Shown here piece by piece: positions 45,521 to 55,800 of a stretch of 64,000 bases of DNA. Each line of letters begins with the position of its first letter. The stretch's first letter is position 1. Source of the stretch: a virus (taxonomy: Duplodnaviria; Caudoviricetes); IMG/VR virus record IMGVR_UViG_3300021256_000076, positions 1 through 64,000 of that record. One strand, 5' to 3'. The notes under the pieces were generated by a model. That model did no database searches. It saw only the letters and a list, made by a program, of their open reading frames with translations, and was not told the origin of the DNA. Position numbers and translations under genes: made by a program.

Positions 45521-45997
45521 ATGATACTAAATGAAAAAGGAAATATAAAACAATTTAATCTGGTAATATATCCAGTTGACTTTGTGGTGGTGATTGGGGA
45601 TATGGAAGAGGAGGTAAATACTATTTATCAACCTTATGAGAAAGGTTATGAGGATGCCCATATTGCCCCTCCATCTTCTACAGGATGTACCTACAGAGTA
45701 AAGGAAAGAGAGACTGGTATTCCTTGTGTACTAATATGGATAGGCAAGAAAGATGAGTTCACCTCTTCTATTGTAGCCCATGAGTGTGGCCATGCAGCTC
45801 TTGAGATATGGTGCTTTATCAAATCTGAGGTGTCACTGACTAATCAGGAACCTTTCTGTTATCTTCTTGGCAACTTGATGAGACTGGCAGTAGGATGCTT
45901 TTATGAGATTCCTGGTATTAAGCCTCCAGTAGTCAGCAAGGATGCCTTTGAAAACCCTACAAGAGTAAAGAAAAACAAAACAACTAAAAAGAAATAG
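45521..45997 (+). CDS. Zincin-like (HExxH) protein
   Basis: IVAHECGH..QEPFCYL. Confidence 0.7.
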   Translation: MILNEKGNIKQFNLVIYPVDFVVVIGDMEEEVNTIYQPYEKGYEDAHIAPPSSTGCTYRVKERETGIPCVLIWIGKKDEFTSSIVAHECGHAALEIWCFIKSEVSLTNQEPFCYLLGNLMRLAVGCFYEIPGIKPPVVSKDAFENPTRVKKNKTTKKK

Positions 45998-45999
45998 CT

Positions 46000-46206
46000 A
46001 TGTGCCTACTTGATATTATGAAGGATGGCAGGTTCTACAAACAGCTCAAGTATACAAAGAGAGGTATTCCCGAAGAAATTGATGGGAAGATACTGGAGAC
46101 CTTTGATGACTTTGAGCTTAAAAGCTTTGTTGAAGAGAGCCTGCCGTCCTTGAAAGGTAAGAACTATAGAATAAGATTTAGCGATGGAAAAATTAGTAGT
46201 ACTTGA
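46000..46206 (+). CDS. Hypothetical protein
   Basis: ORF in operon. Confidence 0.55.
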   Translation: MCLLDIMKDGRFYKQLKYTKRGIPEEIDGKILETFDDFELKSFVEESLPSLKGKNYRIRFSDGKISST

Positions 46207-46505
46207 TTATAGCACTTGCACACTGCATGTGTATAATATTAAGACAGAAGAGACTATATCAGATGAGTATATTGCCAATCTTGGATATAATCCTGATGCT
46301 TGTTACTGGATGATAGGAGATGTGGAAATACTTTATCATAAAGGAATTCTCAAATGAAAGGCAAAAGCAGGGCTGACTATTGGAGAAACTGGTATAACAA
46401 CAGAGGAGGCAAAGCCAAAGTTAAAGCCAGTATCAAGAGAAGACAACTTGAAAGTTTAGGATATTGGGAAGATATTATTAGTAAAACATCTAAATTTGAC
46501 TAATT

Positions 46506-46730
46506 ATGATACCACTAAAAGTATTCAATGCTCTGCCTTCTAATAAGAGATTGCAGATAGCAAGGATTGTGTTTGGTCATATGGGGAATAACTTCATCAC
46601 CCAGATAGCTACACCATTCCATCACAACTTTGATTATGGTGATGGTCATTGGTACAAACTTATGCTTGACCATTGCACCTACAATAAAGAGAAAAAACAA
46701 ATAAAAGTAACCATTACAATTCCTGTATAA
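46506..46730 (+). CDS. Hypothetical protein
   Basis: ORF in operon. Confidence 0.55.
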   Translation: MIPLKVFNALPSNKRLQIARIVFGHMGNNFITQIATPFHHNFDYGDGHWYKLMLDHCTYNKEKKQIKVTITIPV

Positions 46731-47084
46731 ATGAAAACAATAGTAACTCCAGTCAACTACACTGATGACCTTGAAAGAATGATGCAAGAGGAGAAATGTG
46801 ATGTAGTAGGTATAGAGAGTATGTCTATTACATATACTCATCCTGCTGATACATGCAGTTCTCCTGATGAGATTCAGTGTATCACCATCACTACACAATG
46901 TGGAGACTCCTGTACCATAGAAGAAGCAAAAAACCAAGAAGGATGCTACTTTAACATCTCAATTCCTGAAGGCCAGCATTGGTCTGTTGATGGTGGAGAC
47001 TCTCTCAAAGCTCTAATTGATGATTTCAAGAAGAGATTATATTTAGTAACAGATAACAAAACTGCTAAAAATAAATCAGAATAA
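46731..47084 (+). CDS. Hypothetical protein
   Basis: ORF in operon. Confidence 0.6.
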   Translation: MKTIVTPVNYTDDLERMMQEEKCDVVGIESMSITYTHPADTCSSPDEIQCITITTQCGDSCTIEEAKNQEGCYFNISIPEGQHWSVDGGDSLKALIDDFKKRLYLVTDNKTAKNKSE

Positions 47085-47085
47085 T

Positions 47086-47277
47086 ATGAAAATAAATTTA
47101 GACAATCCTTCTCAAGAACTGATTGATTTTCTTAAAGGAGGTGCAATTGGCATAGAAAAGGGTCACAATGAAATTGTACTACATAAGATGTCCAATTTTA
47201 CTATTGAATGCAGTTCTGATTCTATTGATGATACTTATAATAAAGTAATGAAATTAGTTCAATCAAATAGAAGCTAA
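47086..47277 (+). CDS. Hypothetical protein
   Basis: ORF in operon. Confidence 0.5.
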   Translation: MKINLDNPSQELIDFLKGGAIGIEKGHNEIVLHKMSNFTIECSSDSIDDTYNKVMKLVQSNRS

Positions 47278-47304
47278 ATTCTGACAACACATCGAAGAAT
47301 AATT

Positions 47305-47658
47305 ATGGAAGATTATGAGATTATTGGATGGCCTGATATCCAGGCTTTCATGGAGTTGGATGGCTTTGAAGAGAATGTTACTCTTATTGAGCCTAATGAG
47401 TCTATGGGGATTGGCAGCAGCACATACCTTGTTAAGAAGGAATGGCTAGATTCCTTGGAAGTGGGGGTGAGAATAACCTTCAGAAGTGAAGTGTATCTCT
47501 CTGGAAAGACTTTACAGGAAATCAAGAATAAATGGGAGGAGCTTCCTCTCTACTCTGCTGATGCATTAGAATGTGCCAATGCGGATTTTGTTGAGGTGGT
47601 TTCTGTGGAAGGGGCATACAGCCATAAAGATATGATGTCTGAGTGGAAGAAATCTTAG
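47305..47658 (+). CDS. Hypothetical protein
   Basis: WPDIQ..GSSTYLV motif. Confidence 0.6.
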   Translation: MEDYEIIGWPDIQAFMELDGFEENVTLIEPNESMGIGSSTYLVKKEWLDSLEVGVRITFRSEVYLSGKTLQEIKNKWEELPLYSADALECANADFVEVVSVEGAYSHKDMMSEWKKS

Positions 47659-47711
47659 AGAACTTCTTATAATATCTTATAACACTTTTTATTAAAGAAA
47701 TAGACTCAAAC

Positions 47712-47727
47712 TATATTTGTACTTTTG
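47712..47727 (+). promoter_or_regulatory. Two tandem -7 promoter elements
   Basis: TATATTTG immediately followed by TACTTTTG. Confidence 0.6.
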
Positions 47728-47734
47728 TGGCGTA

Positions 47735-48185
47735 AAACAAGAGTGCAGGCTTGAGTTACAGAAGTTTCGGTGAAATAGGTGGCACTATTTTAGGGCCAAT
47801 GCTATAAAAAGGAAATTTCCCATTGAGTACTGCACTACTTGATGGGATTTCTGATTATATAGCATTGGCTATTTTTAGTTCTGTGAATTGTTCCATCAGT
47901 TGCTACAAAAAAGCAGGTAAAATCCCAAAGACAAAAAGCACCTATCCTACATAGTTTGGTAACAAGACACTAGCCCTGCTCTGTGCGTGCCACCTCACAA
48001 CAGGCCAAACCGAAGCTAGCAATAGCAATGATAAAGTGAAAGGATGAAGCTGGAAGGCGAGACTAGGAATTTATCATGGACTGATATTGATTCCCTTGGA
48101 GGCATCCCTACTTGTTGCCTAGTCTGGTTGGATTATTCTGGTCAGTCAGCCCTTCGGGTATAACTTCGGAGGTAAAGGGGCAAAA
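47735..48185 (+). ncRNA. Putative ~450-nt structured ncRNA or leader
   Basis: Nested long-range helices 47763-71/48009-17 and 47777-85/47987-95; 12-bp hairpin 47795-806/47858-69; 48060-67/48118-25; TTCG loops. Confidence 0.62.
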
Positions 48186-48224
48186 TATGCACTTATATAA
48201 ACAAATAAAAAAACAACAATCAAA

Positions 48225-48695
48225 ATGAAAGAAGTAAAAGAAGAAATCAAGAGAGAAGTAGTAGATGTAAATACTTACTATGAGGCTATAGATGGCACAA
48301 GGTTCATTAACAAAGAAGAGTGTGTCAAGTATGAAAATACAGTATGCTGTGTGCTGATTGCAAGAGCTAAGGCTTTTGCTATTGCTACAGAGGAAGAGCA
48401 AGCAATCAATCCTTTTGATGAAGGAGATGAAAATCAGTATATCATGCTGCTACCTCAGAAGCAAGAGGATATTGACACTCTCAATCAACTCTATGTATTA
48501 CCACGCTCAGGAGTATCAAAGGAGCCTTATTTCACAAAAGAGCATATTGGAAAGCTTATCCTTATGGGATATAGGACTTATAATAATGGTCTTGAGTGGT
48601 CATGGTTCAATGAAATGGATAAAGTTATATACACTATGACTGGAGGTAAGTATGAATTGAAACTAAAAAGCAATGAAGTGCCTAATGAGAAATAG
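48225..48695 (+). CDS. Hypothetical protein
   Basis: YEAIDGTRF..ECVKYE motif. Confidence 0.7.
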   Translation: MKEVKEEIKREVVDVNTYYEAIDGTRFINKEECVKYENTVCCVLIARAKAFAIATEEEQAINPFDEGDENQYIMLLPQKQEDIDTLNQLYVLPRSGVSKEPYFTKEHIGKLILMGYRTYNNGLEWSWFNEMDKVIYTMTGGKYELKLKSNEVPNEK

Positions 48696-48824
48696 GGAGT
48701 GTCCTCATGCAGGCAGGATGATAATAGAAGGATTCCCAGAATGGAGAGAGAAAGAAGGTTTTCATGAATACACTGTATGCTATAATGATGAAATTAACAG
48801 AGACCCAACTAAATGTAAATAACT

Positions 48825-49424
48825 ATGGCAAATATGGCAAGTGTAGCTTACGCCATTGAAGGCTCTAAGGAACTTTTGGAAAAAATTGAAAAGGCTATCC
48901 TGAAGCATCCTGTGACAGAAGGAGCAGATGAGCATTGGGAAGGAGACATTCTTAATGCACTTGGCTGTAAATGGATCAGCAGGGATGAAGACAGGGAGAA
49001 TGGCAAATATATGAGAGGCTTCATATTTGATACTCCCTGGTGGGGAAATGACAGCCATACTGTTCTTAGGTTCTCTGCCGAGGAGGCTTGGGGTATTACT
49101 AATTTCTATGAAGTGCTGGAAGAGAATTTCCCAGACATCAAAATCTATTGGATTGTGGAGGAGAGCGGAGAGGAAATCTATGCCACCAATGACAAGGAAG
49201 GAAAGTATTTCCCAGATAGATTCTATGTGGATGCCTGTATAGATGGGGAGTATCAGATGGATTACTTTACAAATGAGGAGTCCATGTACAAATGGATTGC
49301 AGACATCACTAAGAACAGAGTGAAGACTCCTGAAGAAGTAGAGGTATTCAATGCTGACTATGAGGACTCTGCTGCTGAAGATGAGAACTTCATCATTATA
49401 CATAGATTTGAAGTTATGGATTAA
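48825..49424 (+). CDS. YubB/DUF1281 ferredoxin-like protein
   Basis: MANMA..IEG..EEAWG..EESG..TND pattern. Confidence 0.55.
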   Translation: MANMASVAYAIEGSKELLEKIEKAILKHPVTEGADEHWEGDILNALGCKWISRDEDRENGKYMRGFIFDTPWWGNDSHTVLRFSAEEAWGITNFYEVLEENFPDIKIYWIVEESGEEIYATNDKEGKYFPDRFYVDACIDGEYQMDYFTNEESMYKWIADITKNRVKTPEEVEVFNADYEDSAAEDENFIIIHRFEVMD

Positions 49425-49666
49425 TTTAAAAGATTATGAATGTTAGAGAATTAAGGACATATCCTGGCTTTAAAGAACACATGGAGAAAATAATGTCTGG
49501 TGAATGTGATGACTATGATGTTTTAATTCAAGTTAATGGATATGCGGCACCAGCAACTTTTGTTAATGTGGATGATAAACTTAAAACTGTCTGGTTTGCA
49601 GGCAGAGATGATTAATTAATAGCTATGGAAATAGGTAAAGAAACTCTATAATAAAGAGTAACTATC

Positions 49667-49701
49667 AAGGAGAAGGATGATTGCCTTCTCCTTTCTTTTT
49701 T
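49667..49701 (+). terminator. Terminator ending the middle-gene block
   Basis: AAGGAGAAGG..CCTTCTCCTT followed by T run. Confidence 0.75.
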
Positions 49702-49767
49702 CAATACTAACCCTTAATAGGCTTAAAGGTTTTACTTATTTTATCATGGTTTATCAAGTAAAAGTAT

Positions 49768-49775
49768 TACCTTTG
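49768..49775 (+). promoter_or_regulatory. -7 promoter of the RNA polymerase gene
   Basis: TACCTTTG 29 nt upstream of ATG. Confidence 0.65.
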
Positions 49776-49804
49776 CCCTAAAATATTAATAATAAGAAAG
49801 TAAA

Positions 49805-52800
49805 ATGGCATCACCGAAGTGTTATATAGTCAATAGTAGAATTGATGGCAAGATTGCTGAATGGTTTGGCTGGTCTCCTCAAATGGGTAAGAGAGGCATG
49901 AATCCTGCTAAGATAGCTTCTTTGCGAGGTCTATATGACCAGCAGGCAGAAGAAAAGGGAATAGAACCTTTATTGCCTATGGATAATCCTACAGATGAGG
50001 ACCTTGAGAAGGCTGCTAAGGCTTTGATGAAGTTCAGGACTGGCATTAGGGAATCCCATAGAGCAAGAATGGCTAGAGGTACCAAGCATATAGATAGGGC
50101 CTACGATACATTAAGGCACTCTTACTCTCTTCATCAAAGGCAAAGCAGAATCAGCCTTATCTCTAATCTCTTTTCAGAAGAGGTTGACAGACTGATGGAA
50201 GGAGGAAAGGCAGATCGTCAGAAATATGTTAATGGTTTTTCCACTATCAGCGGTGAGTTTGTTGGAGGAGAATTCTCTATTCTTGAAGGAGTTTATAATA
50301 ATTTATTAGAAATTCGTGCAAACTACTATAGGTCTGCTGATGACCCGAATACCCACTTTAATAACCTGAAGCAGGCTACTATTGAAGCTGAAGGCAGAGG
50401 AGAACTTGGTCCTCTTAGTTTTGCCGGTGCCCCTCAGACTGTGGAAGAATACAGAAAAATGTCTCAGCATTGTTATGAGGAATATACTAAAGTGCTGGAA
50501 AACTGGGATGAGCTGGTTCCTTTTGTACTCAAAGATCTGGTAAAGAAAGAAGGTGTTAAGATTGGTGTCAAGAAAGAATACGCTGTAGCAGCCTCTTCAG
50601 ATAGTTTCGGTGATAATGATATTGCAGCCAAGTGGGATATGTCTGAATCCAAGCGTGATGGTTGGATGGAAAACTCAGACCTTCAAAGCTCTTTTGGTTC
50701 TGTTGGTCAGCAAGTCAGAAGAATACTTGCCACTGTTCCCATGATGGAACAAGAGCCTCATTTTGTCCCTGCAACAAATCTTGACGGAACTCCTTATAGG
50801 AAGTATGTAGGCATGAAATCCATTCCTGTTGTAGATGATTTAGGCAATCAGGTCTTCATGGATCCCATGAAAACTCATCAGGAACTTCAGGAATTCCTTA
50901 AGGGCATACAGAACTCTGAGGACATGCTTTATAAGATGTGCAAGAAAGGTAAGCCTGGAGAAGCCAAGATCCCTTGGATGCAGCCTATTGTAGATGTACT
51001 GATAAGCAATCCTCAGGCAAGCACTCAGTTCTTCTGTGATTTCAAGAGAAACTTTCAGCCTTATTCTATTATGTTTGATGATAAGGAAGAGGGCAATAGC
51101 TTTATCCGTAAAATCAAGACAAGGGTACTCAATAAGGCTAAAAACTATCTGAAGGGTAAGTATGACATGACAATATCTTCTAAGGGTAAGCTTCCTGCTA
51201 ACTCAAAGGTGTGGATTGAAAAGAGCCAGGTAGTTTTTGATGAAGACACTAAGGAAGTAAACTGGAAGAGACTTGCAGAGCTTCGTCAGGAAGTACTGAA
51301 ATGGACTAAGGAAGATACTGCGCCTGTAGAAAATGAGCAGCAGGGTCTTGACCTTCGCACTGCTAAGAAGTTTGGAGTTTCAACAGCCCCACTGATTAAT
51401 AATGCCAGAGATGCCTCTATTGTTGTTGACGGCAAGACTCAAAGGGTTACCTATGAGATGAAGCGTAAATTCCTGATGGATGTCTTCTCGTCTCTTGGGT
51501 ATGATGTAACTGTAGATACTATTGATAGTATTCTCCAGTCAAGGGATATCTATACTGTCAGAGAACAGTTGGAACAGCTATTTGACTCAACAGGTAAGAC
51601 AGGTCTGGTTTATATGCTTGGCGAGAAAGGAGGCTTTAATGAGCGTAAAACCTTCAAAGAGATTACTTCTGGAAAGAAGGATATCAGAGAAGCTGCTGTA
51701 AAAGCATTGTCTGATAGACATATTAAATTCAGAAGTCTATATCAAAGACCTTCAGATAATGGAAGACCTATCCAGGAACACTCAGAAAAGTTGTTGGATA
51801 CTATCAGTAAACATCAGGAAGGGTATAGAGTAGAATCGAGAGTTAGATACAATGGTAATACCATGTACTCTTTTGTTTCTCCTTCTTATCTGGGTGATAG
51901 ACTTGAGGTTATTCAAAGCTACGTTGAAGCTGATAATAAGATTGGCTTGTTACAGTTCTTGAGAAATGAGTACCTTAATAGTCCTTTCTTTGTAGATGAC
52001 GAGTATCTTGCTTATAATGGTGCATCTGGAAGAATTCTTAACATGTGGCTTTCTGACATGGTAGCTGCTTGTAAAGATAGAAAAACTCCTTTGATGGAAT
52101 CTGTAGCTGCTATCTTCAACTATGAGAGGGATCTTGGAAGGGAAGATAAGAAATTTGAAGACTTTACAGCTAAAGAACATGGTCTGGATATGTTTGTGCA
52201 TTTCTTTGCAGATGAGCAGCAGAGAAAAGGATATGGAGGAAGAGGAACCAATAATCTCCAAAAGAAGCTTTCAGCCATGTATCCTGTGTTTATTCTTGGT
52301 GATGCTGGTGTAAGCAAGTATATCAGAGCACCTAGAATATCTTCCGCTGTTCCTATTGACAAGAATGGGAATGTGCTTGATATGGCAGATGCTGGAAAGA
52401 GGGTTAAAGTTGAGTATAGGTTTGACAGTGAAGCTCAGGAAAAGATACTGGATGCCTTCTGGGATGTTTATATGCAGGAGAAAAGGCGTATGGCCATGGA
52501 TGAAGCTATGACCTATAAGATGTATGCCAACGGCAAGGAAGTAAAACATCCTAAGGGAGAGTTTTCTATTCTTACATTCTTCAATGATGAGAACTATTCT
52601 ATCCCGCAAGGTAAAGAGTATGACAGCCCTACAATTAAGGCTATCATTCGCCAATATCTGGAAGATGCATCTATTGGCAGTGATACTCTGAAGAGCAAAG
52701 GAAGAAAGTCTTTTAAACAAAGAATGGAAGATCTTGGTATTCTTGAGACTGTAGATGCAAGAAAAGGCAAGGCAATTGTAAAGACCTATCGTAATATCAG

Positions 52801-55800
52801 CAGCATTGCTACTCCAGAAAATATTGATGATAAAATCCGTGAGTTCTATTGGAACACTAAGTTAGCTACAGCACAGCAGCTTCAGATAATGACTATTGAT
52901 CCTAGTTTCTATCATGGTACAAAAGACCTTCAGAAGCGTTATAAGGAAATTCATGCTCCAGGCACTGTATTGGATGTGAAAGCAGTGGATTTTGATGGGC
53001 AATTATATTGTCCTGAAAGATATACTACAAGGAACGGTGTCTCTCATACTATTCCTGCTGGTACAGAATGTGTAGCTTACTTTGATGATGTCAGGGTAGA
53101 TGCAGATGAGACTAACAAGGAGTTTATGGATGTTATGAGGAAAGTCTTCAAAGATAATCCTGAGATTGTGGAGGAGTATAAGAAAAATACTCTTACTGAT
53201 GGACAGGGATATAGGACTCTGACTTCTTACAGAAGGGTAATGGGCATGGCTGGCAGATGGACTAAAGATCAGGACGAGGCCTATAAAGCCATTATGCAAA
53301 TCAGAAGCCGTCATATTGCTGATGACTCTGACACTACTCCTGAAGAACTGGAACAAATTGCTAAGCTTGCTGTTGTACTTCAACCTATCAAACCTTACAT
53401 GTTTACACATGAGAAGTATCCTATTAAGATAAACAAAAAGGATAGTAACAGTAATGATGTTATAGGCACTGATGGCAATCCTGTAAAGATAGATGCCTAC
53501 CAACTAATCCCTGTACAGCATAAGTATGCAGAAGCCTTGATTATTCCAGAACTGATGCCAAAGGGAAGTAAGTTGAGAGACCTTGCCAACTGGATGGAAG
53601 CCCATGAGGTTGACATGGTGGGCTCTACAAAGATTGGCAAAGTAGGTGTATTCGGCCAGGCCAAGCTGGAAGGAATTACTGATAAGGCTGGTCTTGAAAC
53701 AGCCATGTCAGCAGCTTACATTCATGAGCTGCCATATTCTGACTATAGGATTCAAACTAATGTTCCTGAACACATCAATAGCTCTCAGCTATTTGGTACA
53801 CAGGTAAGAAAGCTTATTATGTCTGGGCTAGATATGCGAGATGACTATACCTCATATCTTGAAAATGCCACAGGATTTAATGGCACAATCAATCTCAGCA
53901 CTTCTACTGATGAAAATGATTCTAACAAAAAAGCTTCTTTAAGAGGTAGAAATCTATTAGCTCTCTACAATTCTCTTATCTGTGCCAATATCATGGATTC
54001 CTATGATAAATTTGCCCAGAATGCAGGAGACATTGAGGCTTTGGCTGACATGCTCCAACAAAGTACTGTAGGCTCTACAAGAGAAGCTATGGATAATCTG
54101 TTCAGCTATGTTGTAACAGGCAATGAGAAAGCATTTAAGAAGTTCTTGATTCCTCTCTTCGAAGGAGGTTTGGAACATGACTCTGCAGCATTGATACTTT
54201 CAACATTCAAGAAGATTGTCAACAAACAGCAGATTTCTGGCGGTTCAGCTGTTCAGGTCAGTGCCTTTGGTATAGATGGCTATGAGAAGGATGGTGGCTT
54301 GAGGTATGTGGCAGATCCTGATAATGATGCCAATATTCTCTATGCAGAAATCGAGATGCCTTTTGATAAGAGCTTCATGCTGGATGTAAAGGATGCAAAT
54401 GGCAATGTTACAAAGCAGCCTGTAAGTCTATCCTATGACAAATATTGCTATTCTAATGGCTACCTTATTCCTACAGGTGAGGCTATTGAAGAAAAGCTTC
54501 CAAATGGTAAAATCAATCCTATATGGAAGAAGTATCAGAGCTATACCTATAAGGAAGTTGATGGCAAGCTTGTGCCTTGTAAGTTTGATGACCAGAATGC
54601 TGAGGTCTACAAGCCCTTGATTGAAGAAGAATATCCAGATATCTTAAGTATTCTTGCCTATCGTATTCCTACTGAAAGGGACTACTCAATGATTAACTGC
54701 CAGATAAAGAGGTTTACTCAAAAGACAGCAGGCGGTACATTGAAGGTTCCTCCTCAGGGAACAACTATTGCAGGATTTGACTTTGATATTGATAAGCTGT
54801 ATTTTATGCAGCGTGAGTATCACAAGCACTACAATGACAAGGCTTATGTAGAAAGTAATTTTTCTGATCGTGATAAGCTTGACATCTGGAGTATTTTCTT
54901 TGATGCTAACCCTGAAATCAAGCAGGCTTTGGAAGCTGCAAGAGCTGAAGCTGAATCAAAAGACTCAAACCTTGTAGATTATGTTCCTATTATCCGCAAA
55001 GGTGTTGATACTGGAAGGAAGAGACTGCATCATAAGACAACCTTAAACTCCTATTGGGATGCTGCCAACATCGAAAAGGGGTTTGGTAAAAATAAAGGTG
55101 TTGCCTTTATGGAGACTGCCCAGTCTGAAGGGATCAAGCCTACTCAGAATGTATCCACCAATACTACTGAATGGATGGAATCCTATGACTTTGATAAGTC
55201 TCCTGAAGAAAATACAAGAGCTGCAAGGAACAATCTGTTGATTACTTTGATTCAGGCAAGGCTTATGGATCCTGCTACTGCAAAGCAGAGGTATACTCCT
55301 GGTGGATTTGCCAATGCTTCCAAGGCAGCAAGACTTATGAGGGAACTGTTCCATGGTGACCTGACAGGTGTCTACAGCAATGGTAGAGTTGATATGGCAG
55401 CTCTTGAGAGAAGACAGGATAGTGATACTGACCCTGAGCCTAATTATGACCCGACAGATCCCTATACAATGCTGGTATATAATCAGCAGAATCAGGTAGC
55501 TGCTAAGCTTATTGGCATCTTTGCTAATCAGAATACCAATCATGCCTTTGCATCTTCAATGGATGTCTTTGAGCTGTTGGAGTCTATTAGTTTTTGTGGT
55601 AAATCTGCAAAGGATCTGTTATATAAACCAGCTCCTAATGCAAGTCAGCAAGAAAAGGACAGGTTAGCAGATAAGAGGGCAGAAATTGACCTTAACATGG
55701 CTGAATTCCTAGCAGCTTCTGTGGATGCTGTTAAGGACCCTGTGCTGAACTTCCTTAATCTGAACACCATTACTGCAGATTCTGGTGCTTTGCTGGCAAG

